Source: an uncultured Prevotella sp.
Lineage (GTDB): Bacteria > Bacteroidota > Bacteroidia > Bacteroidales > Bacteroidaceae
NCBI GenBank assembly: GCA_963550695.1
Contig: CAUVDL010000002.1
Span: 9,766-73,765 of the forward strand
Reading direction: 5' to 3'
DNA length: 64,000 nucleotides
In this document: piece by piece, positions 28,225 through 38,640 of the stretch
Numbering within the stretch: position 1 is the stretch's first letter
Layout: every line of letters begins with the position of its first letter
Notes under the pieces: generated by a model
Databases searched by the model: none
What the model was told of the DNA's origin: nothing
Seen by the model: only the letters and a program-made list of their open reading frames with translations
Translations under genes and position numbers: made by a program

Positions 28225-28263
28225 AAGGTTATCTGACTTGATTCTATCGAGTCGGGTAACCTT
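28225..28263 (+). terminator. Stem-loop after the first GH85 gene
   Basis: AAGGTTATCTGACTTGAT / ATCGAGTCGGGTAACCTT. Confidence 0.5.
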
Positions 28264-28350
28264 GTTCCGCTTTAATAGGTAAGTTTTTCGCTGTCTATAT
28301 TTGAATATTTTTTTCGCAATACGACAACATTTGAAAAGCTATAAGGTATC

Positions 28351-28405
28351 AACACGAGTGGTGTTTACCATTAGCACAACATGTGCGGGGCGTTAGCACA
28401 TCAGA
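28351..28405. repeat. Short 22-bp-period GTG..GCAC repeat (family D)
   Basis: GTGTTTACCATTAGCAC at 28361 and GTGCGGGGCGTTAGCAC at 28383; related to 62008-62068. Confidence 0.5.
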
Positions 28406-28598
28406 TGAAGATAGTAAGAGGAATTCATAAAGATTACGTCGTAAGGCGATAGTGAGTGACTTATGTGAGAAAAGATAGCAGACAGCACTGCTTTAAAATA
28501 TTGTCCTTGGACATAAGCTATATTCCTTAAAGGGAGAAAGCAGATATAAGTAGTAATTAGATTTACAATTATTCAATAACATTAAACCCAAATCAATC

Positions 28599-31500
28599 AT
28601 GAGAAGAATTCATTTACTTCTTTTCGGTTGCTGCCTGATTCCATCTACCTTGATGGCACAGGAACTCAAGAGCAACTACATTCAGTGGGGCTTTTCATCA
28701 GACCAGTTCCCAACTCAGTTGCAGGGATGGTCAAAGGCTAACCCTAAAATCAATGAGGATGACAACTTCTTCATCTCTCGTGTAAAACCAAAGCAGCGTT
28801 TCCGCAACGCTGAGACACAGGTGCGTCAGAACCTTACAGAGGCTAACGACAAGAAGCTCCTTGCTTGGCTTCCTTGGAACGTACCAAGCAAGAACGCCCT
28901 TCCTGACGGTGTCTTCGATTCTGAGGTATTCTCAATGTGGCCATACGTTACACACTGGGGCGACTGGAACTGTGGCTTAGGTCGTATTCCAGCAGCATTG
29001 TTGGACGCAGCACATAAGAATGGTGTGCCTGTTTCTTCTGTTGCCGGTATCCCTTATGGTGGCTTGTCTGGAAGTTGGAGCACTGCTTTAGACAGACTTG
29101 CTACAACTGATGTTCAGAAGGTAGCCGACTATATGAATTACTTCGGTTATGACGGTTTCGGTTATAACTCAGAGTATTCAGAGTATTTCGGTGCTGGTCG
29201 TTTAACAAAAAAGCTGAGAGACTTCCACGTGAATCTCAATAAGGCTATCAGACCAACCAACCCTATCTATGAGAATATATGGTATGATGGTACCAATGAT
29301 CGTGGACGTATTGCCTTCGACCACGGTTTGAATGAGAATAATCAGACTATCTTCGGTGAGGCAGGTAAAGAGGCTGCAAACCTCTTCTTCAACTACAACT
29401 GGAACTCTCATACTCTGTTGCAGAATACTGTTGACTTGGCTAAGGATATCCACCGTGACCCATTGGACATCTATGCTGGTGTTAATATGCAGGGTGGTGA
29501 GCCACGTACTGGTTCACGTTGGACTTTGTTGAAGGACTTCCCTATCTCTATCGGCCTTTGGGGTGCACACTCACAGAACATGTTCTTTGAGAGTCGTGGT
29601 GAGAAAGGTAGTGATCCAGAGACACAGCAGCGCACTTATATGTTGCGTACTGAGCGTTGGTTCTCAAGCGGTTCACGTAACCCAGTTAACTCTATCGCAA
29701 TCAATAACAGCTTGAACTACAATGCTGATAATACAGACTTCGCTGGTATGTCAGCGATGATGACTGCTCGTAGTTCTATGTCTTGGGACTTGACACAGGA
29801 GCCATTGATTACCTATTTCAACCTCGGTAACGGTAAGTTCTTCAACTACGCTGGTGTACGTCAGAACGATCGTCCTTGGGCTAACGTAGGTGTACAGGAT
29901 TATTTGCCAACATGGCGTTGGTGGTTTGCTGACAAGCTGCTCGGTCGTACCGCAGCAGATGTTCCTGCAAATGGTCTTGATGCAGAGTTCGTATGGGACG
30001 ATGCTTACATGGGCGGTTCTACTGTACGTGTACACGGTTCTACCAGCAAGGAGTATCTCCACCTCTTCAAGACAAAGTATATTTTGAAGTCTGGCGACGT
30101 TATCACCTTCCGTTATAAGGTTAAGGGTGGCAAGGCTGATGCTTCTTTGGTATTCACAACAGAAGACGCTGTAAACACAGAGAAGGCTTATCCAGTATTG
30201 GCTTCTACTGATGAGACTGATGAGGACAAGTGGGTTGAGAAGGCTATCACCGTTGATGGTTCTTTGAATGGTAAGACACTTGCACTCGTTGCTTTGAAGA
30301 TGGAGAATGCTGCAGACTTGAACCTCTACCTCGGTGAGTTCTCTATCGTTCGTGGTACATTCGCTGCCCCAGCTCAACCAGTAATTACAAAGACTGAGTT
30401 ATTGCACGCTGCAAAGAATGGTGTTGACGGTAAGATTATCTTCAACATGCCTAACGATAAGGCATCTGGTGAGCCTTGCTACAACACAGACGTGAAGACT
30501 TCTCTCTTCAAGCTCTGGGCTAAGCAGGAAGGTAAGGACCCAATCCTCATGGGTGTAACTACTTCATGGGCAGGTATGTACTACTCAGTTCCTGTTGACG
30601 TTAAGGGTCAGGGCAAGGTGAAATTCGGTGTATCTGCAGTATCTCTCGATATGAAGAAAGAGAGCCCTATCGCTTGGGGTGAGGATCACGATATCTTCAC
30701 AAGCTATGATTATAGCGATGAGATCAAGGCTGACAAGTCTGTTATCAAGCCAAACGAGGCATTCACAATCTCTTATGTTGACCCACGTCACGAGGCTGGT
30801 AACTGGAAGATTGAGCACAATGGTACAACTGTTGCAACCAGCAACAATACTAATGAAATCAAGATTGAGAATGGTTTAAGCCAGACAGGCTTCTACGACC
30901 TCGTTCTTACTGGTTATGTAACTGAGAATGGTACTCGCGTAAGCAAGGAGGTAAGATACGCTAACTACGTTCAGATTACTTCTGATGCAGTAGGTGCTGT
31001 TCCTCATATCAACAAGCTTACAGCTAACGACAGCGAGACTTCTATCGAAGTTGTTGCTAACAGCGAGGTAACAATGAAGTACGAAGGTAAGAAGGCTGAC
31101 GGTTCTGGTTCAAGAGGTATCAAGACCCTCGAGAAGCCAGTAGGCGTTAAGGTTTCTGAACTTGGTTTCAACAGCACAAGCAAGAACAATCAGGCTTGGT
31201 CACTCGCATTCTGGGTTAAGTTCAACGGCTTTGCTGGCAATACTCAGATTGTTGATATGCGTGACCCTGGTACAACTTGGCCACAGAATCATTGGGGTAC
31301 AATGTGGACCTCATACGACCCAAGTACTGGTGTTTATGAGGTAACACTCCGTGAGAAGAATCCTGGTGGTGCTAAGGAGTACAAGCAGCGTTGGAAGGTA
31401 GACTTCGTTCCAGGTGCTTGGACACACTTCGTGTTGGCTATGGATGGTAATGGTACTACAACCAAACCTATGGTTTATATCAATGGTAAGGCTGCTAAGG

Positions 31501-32345
31501 CTCATAACTGGGAATATGATGGTCAGAGTGGTGATGGTCTTAACCCTAATGGCTTCGCTAACAATGCTTGGTGGGATGCAAATGTCCTCGGTATCAGCCT
31601 TGGACGTGCCTACGCATCTGCTATGAACGCTACTATTGATGATGTTAAGTTCTTCGACAAGTATATCACAGCTGCTGAGGCTGAGCGCACAATGACATCT
31701 ACTGATGCTTCAGAGGCTGATTTGAAGGCTTACTGGGACTTCGAGGCAGACGCTGATGCTGACCACTACTTCGCAAGCAAGGTGGGTTCAGCTAAGCTGG
31801 CTCACGGTGAGTTGAAGGCTGGTACTGGTGAAGGTGTTGCAAGTCTTGTTCCAGATGCTCCAACATACGACGCAGGTAGCGCATTCGTATCTGGTAACTA
31901 TCAGGTGAAGACTACAGCAGAGTGGACAGCTAAGAAGGCTACTATCGTATCACAGAATGGTACTGATATGGCTGGTACTGCTAAGTTGAAGTATGCTAAG
32001 GCAGGTGACTATGAGGTTACATTGACATTGAAGAACGCACATGGTTCTGACACCCGTACCTTCCAGGTAATCAAGGTGAAGGCTGATCCAACAGGTATCA
32101 ACGGCACTGAGGCTGCTGACATGAAGGTTTACGCTATCGATCGTGATGTCCTCTTCGACGTTGAGACACCAGGTAACTACCTTGTTCAGGTGTTCTCTAC
32201 CAATGGTCAGATGGTGGCAAGCAAGGCCGTATCAGTGAATGGTGCTGAGTCTGTACGTCTCCATCTTGGTGCTCAGGGCGTTTACGTCGTGAATGTCAAG
32301 AAGGACGGTAAGACCCTCCGTACAGTGAAATTCATCTGCAAGTAA
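28599..32345 (+). CDS. GH85-like ENGase with LamG-like and PKD-like domains and T9SS-type CTD
   Basis: LLDAAHKNGV, GYDGFGYNSE, IWYDG, TYFNLGNG, DDAYMGGS; WSLAFWVK/WTHFVL/IDDVKFFD (LamG-like); YAKAGDYEVTLTLKN (PKD-like); GVYVV..KFICK. Confidence 0.8.
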   Translation: MRRIHLLLFGCCLIPSTLMAQELKSNYIQWGFSSDQFPTQLQGWSKANPKINEDDNFFISRVKPKQRFRNAETQVRQNLTEANDKKLLAWLPWNVPSKNALPDGVFDSEVFSMWPYVTHWGDWNCGLGRIPAALLDAAHKNGVPVSSVAGIPYGGLSGSWSTALDRLATTDVQKVADYMNYFGYDGFGYNSEYSEYFGAGRLTKKLRDFHVNLNKAIRPTNPIYENIWYDGTNDRGRIAFDHGLNENNQTIFGEAGKEAANLFFNYNWNSHTLLQNTVDLAKDIHRDPLDIYAGVNMQGGEPRTGSRWTLLKDFPISIGLWGAHSQNMFFESRGEKGSDPETQQRTYMLRTERWFSSGSRNPVNSIAINNSLNYNADNTDFAGMSAMMTARSSMSWDLTQEPLITYFNLGNGKFFNYAGVRQNDRPWANVGVQDYLPTWRWWFADKLLGRTAADVPANGLDAEFVWDDAYMGGSTVRVHGSTSKEYLHLFKTKYILKSGDVITFRYKVKGGKADASLVFTTEDAVNTEKAYPVLASTDETDEDKWVEKAITVDGSLNGKTLALVALKMENAADLNLYLGEFSIVRGTFAAPAQPVITKTELLHAAKNGVDGKIIFNMPNDKASGEPCYNTDVKTSLFKLWAKQEGKDPILMGVTTSWAGMYYSVPVDVKGQGKVKFGVSAVSLDMKKESPIAWGEDHDIFTSYDYSDEIKADKSVIKPNEAFTISYVDPRHEAGNWKIEHNGTTVATSNNTNEIKIENGLSQTGFYDLVLTGYVTENGTRVSKEVRYANYVQITSDAVGAVPHINKLTANDSETSIEVVANSEVTMKYEGKKADGSGSRGIKTLEKPVGVKVSELGFNSTSKNNQAWSLAFWVKFNGFAGNTQIVDMRDPGTTWPQNHWGTMWTSYDPSTGVYEVTLREKNPGGAKEYKQRWKVDFVPGAWTHFVLAMDGNGTTTKPMVYINGKAAKAHNWEYDGQSGDGLNPNGFANNAWWDANVLGISLGRAYASAMNATIDDVKFFDKYITAAEAERTMTSTDASEADLKAYWDFEADADADHYFASKVGSAKLAHGELKAGTGEGVASLVPDAPTYDAGSAFVSGNYQVKTTAEWTAKKATIVSQNGTDMAGTAKLKYAKAGDYEVTLTLKNAHGSDTRTFQVIKVKADPTGINGTEAADMKVYAIDRDVLFDVETPGNYLVQVFSTNGQMVASKAVSVNGAESVRLHLGAQGVYVVNVKKDGKTLRTVKFICK

Positions 32346-32354
32346 ACATATCTT

Positions 32355-32391
32355 TAAGTGCTGGAAGGAGCCCGACTCCTTCTGGCACTTA
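32355..32391 (+). terminator. Stem-loop after the second GH85 gene
   Basis: TAAGTGCTGGAAGGAG / CTCCTTCTGGCACTTA. Confidence 0.55.
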
Positions 32392-32557
32392 TGCTTTTAA
32401 CCTAATCTTATAGCTTATTAAAAGCATCTAAACTTTAAATACAACAAGTTACATCTAAACAGCATTATTGCGAAACAGAAATAAACAAACCTTATATGGC
32501 TATACGTGTATGGCTGTATAAACCTAAAATCATTTATAAACTAAACATTTATTATTC

Positions 32558-35500
32558 ATGAAAAGGATTACTTTATTTGCATCCTTGGCATTGGCAAGCT
32601 GTCTCACTGTGAGTGCACAGCGTACGCCGACACACCCATTGGATATCCAGGATGCTAAGTTTGAGAACCTGCCTAACTACCTTGAAGCGTGGTTGAAAGG
32701 CGAGATGAAGCAGCCACAGGGCGTCAGTGATATTGACGACCAGTTCTACATCTCACGTGTTCGCCCACTTGAACGTATTAAGGATGGCGACTATCAGGTT
32801 CATTCAAATGTGAAGCGCGATCGTAAGATGTGTCTCTGGACACCGCTTGACGACCCTACATCTAAGTGGAAAGCACTTCCTCGTTATTGCTTTGAGGGCG
32901 ATAACTTTAGTCTGTGGTCATACATTGATATCCACGGAAACTGGACTTCACCTTGGATTCGTTCTACTGCAGGTATGACTGACGTTGCTCATAAGAATGG
33001 TGTTAGCGTGGGCTGTGTGATGTCTATCGGCTATGGTGCAAGTGTTTATCTAAACCAATGGAGACAAGATACCTATAGTAAAGTTCTTTTCAAGCTGACA
33101 AAGAAGGAGGGAGGAAAGTTTGTTTATGCCGCTCCATTAGTTCGCATGATGAAGTATTATGGCGTAAATGGTCTTGGATTTAACTCAGAGTTCTATACCA
33201 CAGCCTCAACGATGTCACAATTGACAGAATTCTTTGTTGCCTGCCATAAGGAAGCAGAGAAAATCAATTGGAAGTTTGAAGTACATTGGTATGATGGCAC
33301 AGCAGACGATGGTTACATTCACTTTGACGCTGGATTGGGTTCACATAACCAAAACCTCTTCGGTGATAAAGACCATATTGCAACCGATATGCTCTTTGCC
33401 AATTACAACTGGGGTGACAATCTTCTACGTAACTCTGTAAATACAGCAAAGCGGTTAGGCAGAAGTAGTTTTGATTACTATGCTGGCTTTGATATTCAAG
33501 GTCGTGGCTTGAGACAACCAAGTTGGAGCGCATTGTTGAATAACGACATCTCTATCGGTTTCTGGGGTGCTCACTCACAGAGTCTTATCCACCAGAGTGC
33601 AACAGACAATGGAACATCAGACATTGCTATCCAGAAGACTTATCTGAAGAAGCAGGAGCTTATGTTTAGTGGTGGTTATAACAACCCAGCTTTGTTGCCA
33701 GCTATCAATACAGATTGTAATTTGGCTAACGCAAGTTTGAAGAACTTCCATGGTCTTGCTACCTTCCTTACAGCGAAGTCTACTATCCAGCAGGTTCCAT
33801 TCGTATCACGCTTTAACCTTGGTAATGGTTTGAGCTTCCGCAAGGATGGTGAGGTTGTTTTCAACCACAAGTGGTATAACCTCAATACACAAGACTATAT
33901 GCCTACATGGCGTTGGTGGATTACTGACCGTGCAGACCAAGTAAACACTGGTAATATCAATAGTCTTGCTAAGGCAGAACTTACCTTTGATGATGCTTAC
34001 TGGGGTGGTTCATGTTTGTCTATCTCTGGTCAAACAGACTTCTCACGTGTAAAGCTCTTCAAGACGATGCTTGAGGTACAGCCAGACTATGAGTTCTCTG
34101 TTACTTATAAAACTGTATCAGGCACGGACGCTCATGCTAAGTTCTTTGTTGCTTTGAAAGATCATGTTGCTGAATACAAGGAGGTTGCATTGCCAGCTGT
34201 TGAGGCTGAGGGTAAGTGGAAGACCTTCACCGTAAAGGCTTCTGAACTCGGTTTGGCTGCTGGTGATAAGGTAGCTATGATGGGTCTGGTTGTTGAGAAT
34301 ACTCCTGCCAACTATGAGTTGCGCGTTGGTGAGATGGCACTTCGCGATAATGCAAAGGACTTCGCAACAGTGGCCCCTACTATCAAGAAGATAGAAATTC
34401 TCCGTGGTCGTTACAATGCTTGCGACTTCAAGATGCAGTATGCTTCTAAGGAAGAATCAGGATGGGAGAAGACTTATAACGATGAGGTAGGTACATGGTA
34501 TTATGAAATCTACTTCCAGCAGAAGGACCAGCCACAGCAGTTGCTTACAGCAACTACTTCTTGGGCTGCATACGTTGTTGATGCTCCAATGGTATCAGGT
34601 GCTGACAAGCGCGACTGCCGTTTCGGTGTACGTGCCGTTTCTCCTGATGGCAAGAAGGGTTCTGAGATTGTTTGGTCAGAGTATCAGACTGTGGCTTACG
34701 ACCAGCCATTGAGCGATGTCGTTGCTGACCGCCCTGTTATCAAGCCAAACGAGGAGTTCACACTCAAATATCTTGATGAGATGGTACCTGCTGCACAAGC
34801 ATGGAAACTTCAAGACGCTGTTACAGGACAGGTTGTTGCACAAAGCGAAAACGGTACAAGTGCTAAATTTACTGTTGCAAAAGAAGGTACATACGACCTT
34901 GTAGTTGTCGATAGTAACGGTAAGGAAAGTGTCGTACGTGGTAAGGTAAAAATTACTCCAGAAGCAACGGGTGCTGTTCCACAGATTAACAGCCTCACTT
35001 CTGACAAGACTACTGAAGTAACAGGCAAGAACGTAACCTATACTTACGATGCCCGTCTCGGTGAGGGTAAGGCGTCACGTGGTCTTGAGATTACAGACCC
35101 TAAGATGTTCCGCATCCCTGGTGATGTTCAACAGGGTAAGTCTTATTCATACGCACTCTGGTTCAAGGCTGACAAGTTTAACCATGACAAGCAGGGTACG
35201 AACCTTATCAATAAGAACTCTATCTACGACAGCTGGCCTCATAACAACTGGGGTGACCTTTGGGTAACAATCCGCCCAGAGTGGCAGGGTCAAAGCAAGT
35301 TGCACAAAGCTAATGAGGTTTCATTCAACACTATGGGCTGGACATCCCACGATATTCCTTATGAGGATGTGATGTCTACTGGCTATAGTGTAACTCCTGG
35401 TGTATGGAACCACATTGTCGTAACTCACGATGACGGCAATATCCAGAAAATCTACTTCAACGGACGTCAGGTGGCAAGCCACAGCTTCGCTGCTTCTTCA

Positions 35501-36331
35501 CGTCGTGAGGACTATGGCGACCGTCGTATCAATGCGAGCAAGGTAGCCGACATCTTCATCGGCGGTGGCGGTGTTTACAAGAGCGGCTTCAATGGTATCA
35601 TTGATGAGGTTCAGGTTTGGAGCAAGCCACTCTCTGCTGAGGAAGTATTGCAGGCAATGAAGGGCTACAAGGAAGGTGAGGTTCCTGCAGACTTAAAGGC
35701 TTACTTCACATTCGAAGATGTTGACGGTATGAAGTTTAAGAACATCGGTTCTGCAGGTAGAACCTATGATGGTTCTGTTGTCGTTGTTGCTGGTAGTGGT
35801 GGCGAGAATACATCAAGTGCTTCTTACGTTGACCAGCAGCCTAACAACGATGTACTGGGCTTCCCTGGTGTTGTAGGTACATACGAGATTAAGACTGTTC
35901 CTACTTGGGCTTTAGGCGATGGTCAGATTTCTTCATCTACTGATAAGACAGCCGTCGTTACCTATGCAGCTCCTGGTAAGAAGAATGTAACCTTGAAGCT
36001 CAAGAACGGCTGGGGTGAAGCTGAGAAGACCGTTGAGGAAATCGTTGAGATTACCTCTGAGGCTAACGCTATCGATGCTGTTGATGCTCAGTTAGGCTTC
36101 TCTGTCTACCCTAACCCATTCGTTGAGAGCGTAAATCTTCGCTTTGCTGACTATGGTCGTTATACAATCAACGTGCTTGGCACTACTGGCGCACTCCTCC
36201 AGAGCAATAACTTCGAGGCTGCACAAGGTCAGATAGTAAACGTAGCTATCACTGGCACAAAGGGTATGTACCTCGTACAAGTGCTTAAGGACGGTAAGAT
36301 TTACAAGACCGTGAAGGTTGTGAAGAAGTAA
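32558..36331 (+). CDS. GH85-like ENGase with LamG-like and PKD-like domains and type A T9SS CTD
   Basis: TDVAHKNGV, GVNGLGFNSE, HWYDG, SRFNLGNG, WYNLNTQD, DDAYWGGS; YALWFK/WNHIVVT/IDEVQVW; VYPNP..GMYLV..KVVKK. Confidence 0.82.
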   Translation: MKRITLFASLALASCLTVSAQRTPTHPLDIQDAKFENLPNYLEAWLKGEMKQPQGVSDIDDQFYISRVRPLERIKDGDYQVHSNVKRDRKMCLWTPLDDPTSKWKALPRYCFEGDNFSLWSYIDIHGNWTSPWIRSTAGMTDVAHKNGVSVGCVMSIGYGASVYLNQWRQDTYSKVLFKLTKKEGGKFVYAAPLVRMMKYYGVNGLGFNSEFYTTASTMSQLTEFFVACHKEAEKINWKFEVHWYDGTADDGYIHFDAGLGSHNQNLFGDKDHIATDMLFANYNWGDNLLRNSVNTAKRLGRSSFDYYAGFDIQGRGLRQPSWSALLNNDISIGFWGAHSQSLIHQSATDNGTSDIAIQKTYLKKQELMFSGGYNNPALLPAINTDCNLANASLKNFHGLATFLTAKSTIQQVPFVSRFNLGNGLSFRKDGEVVFNHKWYNLNTQDYMPTWRWWITDRADQVNTGNINSLAKAELTFDDAYWGGSCLSISGQTDFSRVKLFKTMLEVQPDYEFSVTYKTVSGTDAHAKFFVALKDHVAEYKEVALPAVEAEGKWKTFTVKASELGLAAGDKVAMMGLVVENTPANYELRVGEMALRDNAKDFATVAPTIKKIEILRGRYNACDFKMQYASKEESGWEKTYNDEVGTWYYEIYFQQKDQPQQLLTATTSWAAYVVDAPMVSGADKRDCRFGVRAVSPDGKKGSEIVWSEYQTVAYDQPLSDVVADRPVIKPNEEFTLKYLDEMVPAAQAWKLQDAVTGQVVAQSENGTSAKFTVAKEGTYDLVVVDSNGKESVVRGKVKITPEATGAVPQINSLTSDKTTEVTGKNVTYTYDARLGEGKASRGLEITDPKMFRIPGDVQQGKSYSYALWFKADKFNHDKQGTNLINKNSIYDSWPHNNWGDLWVTIRPEWQGQSKLHKANEVSFNTMGWTSHDIPYEDVMSTGYSVTPGVWNHIVVTHDDGNIQKIYFNGRQVASHSFAASSRREDYGDRRINASKVADIFIGGGGVYKSGFNGIIDEVQVWSKPLSAEEVLQAMKGYKEGEVPADLKAYFTFEDVDGMKFKNIGSAGRTYDGSVVVVAGSGGENTSSASYVDQQPNNDVLGFPGVVGTYEIKTVPTWALGDGQISSSTDKTAVVTYAAPGKKNVTLKLKNGWGEAEKTVEEIVEITSEANAIDAVDAQLGFSVYPNPFVESVNLRFADYGRYTINVLGTTGALLQSNNFEAAQGQIVNVAITGTKGMYLVQVLKDGKIYKTVKVVKK

Positions 36332-36333
36332 AG

Positions 36334-36597
36334 AAGCCAATAACAACTGACCGACTGGCCCCTCCCCCTTACCCCTCCCCCATAGGGAGGGGAGTGAAAT
36401 GCGAGATACCCCAATAATAGGGTATGCGTTTCTCCAGCGAACCATCTTTACTGACAGATGGGAAGTACTGGAAACAACTTGCTTATGAATAGCAGAAAGA
36501 CATTTCCTAACTAATAAGGGTATCACGCATACTACTCCCATCCCCTCGGGGGAGGGGTTGGGGGAGGGGCCAGTCGGTCAGTTGTTGTTATTGGCTT
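36334..36597. repeat. Repeat family B element with long terminal inverted repeats
   Basis: AAGCCAATAACAACTGACCGACTGGCCCCTCCCCC ... GGGGGAGGGGCCAGTCGGTCAGTTGTTGTTATTGGCTT. Confidence 0.85.
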
Positions 36598-36615
36598 GTT
36601 ATTCTATTTTTTATT

Positions 36616-37128
36616 ATGACCACACTCACTCAATCAACCTACAAGACTACCACATGGAAGGGTGGTGTCACACGACAGATTTTTATCTCACCTGCTGATG
36701 GCGACTTGTCAGCACGGCAATTCGATGTGCGTATCTCGTCTGCAATTATCGATGATGTGGCGAGCGACTTCTCTGACTTTACGGGCTTCACGCGCTATAT
36801 CCTACCTTTGGAGGGAGAGATAACGCTGATAAAAGAAGGGCGTCGTATCGCTTTGTCGCACACTGCTCTGTATGAGTTTGAGGGTGACGAGAAAGTAAGT
36901 TCGGAGAATACGCAGGGAGCTGTAGATTTTAATATCATCGTGCGACACGGCATAAGTGTCGAGGTGGGGATAATGGAAGATGCAGTGTTCACGGACAGCC
37001 GTCGAACGATTGTTTTTGCCCTTGAAGATTGTTGCGTTGAGGGAAAAACTATTTGCAAACACGATACGGCACTCCTTGATGAGCCTTTCTGCCTAAAAGG
37101 AAAAGCCGTCATTGCTCGATTTATGTAA
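36616..37128 (+). CDS. hutD: HutD/Ves family protein
   Basis: WKGGVTRQI, FDVRISSAII, FSDFTGFTR and DFNII motifs. Confidence 0.8.
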   Translation: MTTLTQSTYKTTTWKGGVTRQIFISPADGDLSARQFDVRISSAIIDDVASDFSDFTGFTRYILPLEGEITLIKEGRRIALSHTALYEFEGDEKVSSENTQGAVDFNIIVRHGISVEVGIMEDAVFTDSRRTIVFALEDCCVEGKTICKHDTALLDEPFCLKGKAVIARFM

Positions 37129-37129
37129 T

Positions 37130-37168
37130 AACGGATGGTCAGCATTGTTTGTTCTGACCATCCGTTTT
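37130..37168 (+). terminator. Intrinsic terminator after hutD
   Basis: ACGGATGGTCAG / CTGACCATCCGT followed by a T-tract. Confidence 0.75.
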
Positions 37169-37194
37169 GTAAATATAAATTCCTACTTCAAAAA

Positions 37195-37410
37195 ATAAAG
37201 ACGCCTAATAGCAACTGAATTAACGCCCTTTTAGCTTGCAAAAGATGCCCTTTTAAGTCCTTACTAACGCCCTTTTGAAGTCCAATTAGGCACCTTTTCA
37301 CACCCACTCTCGTAACGTTCTGATAACAAAATACTTACAACAATACAGAGAGAATTACTTTTTTATCCATTTTAGGGACAAATAAACCGAACAAATGTAA
37401 AGAAAATTCT
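37195..37410 (+). repeat. Repeat family A copy
   Basis: TAACGCCCTTTTAGCTTGCAAAAGATGCCCTTTTAAGTCCTTACTAACGCCCTTTTGAAGTCCAATTAGGCACCTTTT, then a TGATAACAAAATACTTACAA tail. Confidence 0.85.
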
Positions 37411-37607
37411 AAGAGGATATGCGCATAAAAACACCAACACACACTCTTAAAACAAATCATAATCAGTAGGCTGATTACCATTATTCATTACTTCAAATTA
37501 TTCAATTCATCTGCAATAACAGGCTTATCACAGTACACAATCGTATAAAAAAACATAAAAATACACAACCAAACACATTCAGATTTGGTTATTCACATAA
37601 TTATATG

Positions 37608-37615
37608 TACCTTTG
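37608..37615 (+). promoter_or_regulatory. Candidate -7 promoter box for the sigma factor gene
   Basis: TACCTTTG, 65 bp upstream of the ATG. Confidence 0.55.
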
Positions 37616-37680
37616 CAAGCCGTTTTAGTTTTGGATAACGGATATTAGCTATATTTTTAGGAGGAAATAGTAAACAATTC

Positions 37681-38553
37681 ATGAGACAACTTAAGATTTC
37701 AAAAAGTATCACCAACCGATCAAGTGAGGCACTGGATAAGTATCTCGTTGAGATTGGTCGTGAACCGATGATTACCGTTGACGAAGAGATTGAGCTGGCA
37801 CAGGAAATCCACAAAGGCGGTCGCAAGGGCGAGCGTGCGAAGGAGAAACTGATTAAAGCTAACCTCCGTTTCGTCGTTTCTGTAGCTAAACAGTATCAGC
37901 ACCAAGGACTCTCTCTCACCGACCTTATCGATGAGGGGAACATTGGTTTGGTAAAGGCAGCTGAGAAATTCGATGAGACTCGTGGTTTTAAGTTTATCTC
38001 ATACGCTGTTTGGTGGATTCGTCAGAGTATTCTGCAGGCTATCGCTGAGCAGAGTCGTATCGTGCGTCTTCCACTGAATCAGGTGGGTGCTATCTCAAAG
38101 ATCAATCAGGTAACGAACGAGTTTGTGCAGCAACACAACCGTCGTCCTTCTATCCATGAGTTGGCAGAGTTGACAGGTATCGATGAGGCTCGCATCCGTC
38201 AGAGTCAGAATGCAGACAACCACCACATGAGTATCGACGCGCCTTTTAGCGATGACGACGACAACTCAATGAGCGATATGCTGTCTTCAGGTGACGACTC
38301 ACGTACCGACCGTGGCGTAGACTTCGAGTCAATGTCAGACGATCTTCGTGCTGTTCTTCAGAACACCCTGAAAGATCGTGAGATAAAGATTGTCACCGAG
38401 TGTTTCGGTATCGGTTGCCAAGAGAAGGGCTTGGAAGAGATTGGAACAGAGATGGGTCTTACCCGTGAGCGTGTTCGCCAGATTCGTGAGAAGGCTATCG
38501 AGAAGATTCGTGAGAGCGGAAATGCACGTGTACTCATGAAGTACTTAGGCTAA
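37681..38553 (+). CDS. rpoD: RNA polymerase sigma-70 factor, RpoD/SigA family (short Bacteroidota type)
   Basis: MRQLKI start; [47 protein letters not shown]. Confidence 0.9.
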   Translation: MRQLKISKSITNRSSEALDKYLVEIGREPMITVDEEIELAQEIHKGGRKGERAKEKLIKANLRFVVSVAKQYQHQGLSLTDLIDEGNIGLVKAAEKFDETRGFKFISYAVWWIRQSILQAIAEQSRIVRLPLNQVGAISKINQVTNEFVQQHNRRPSIHELAELTGIDEARIRQSQNADNHHMSIDAPFSDDDDNSMSDMLSSGDDSRTDRGVDFESMSDDLRAVLQNTLKDREIKIVTECFGIGCQEKGLEEIGTEMGLTRERVRQIREKAIEKIRESGNARVLMKYLG

Positions 38554-38590
38554 AAAAGACAAAAGTAAAGATTTCACAATTATAAATATA

Positions 38591-38628
38591 AAAGTGGATG
38601 TGTCAAATGAGGCACATCCACTTTTTTT
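38591..38628. terminator. Bidirectional intrinsic terminator
   Basis: AAAGTGGATGTGTC / GGCACATCCACTTTTTTT between convergent genes. Confidence 0.8.
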
Positions 38629-38640
38629 ATTTAACCTTAA

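Noticed and set aside
29751..30377. Long antisense ORFs inside large genes (also 38776-39381, 58039-58593, 5486-5926)
   Set aside because: Shadow frames opposite well-supported genes, with no recognisable motifs.
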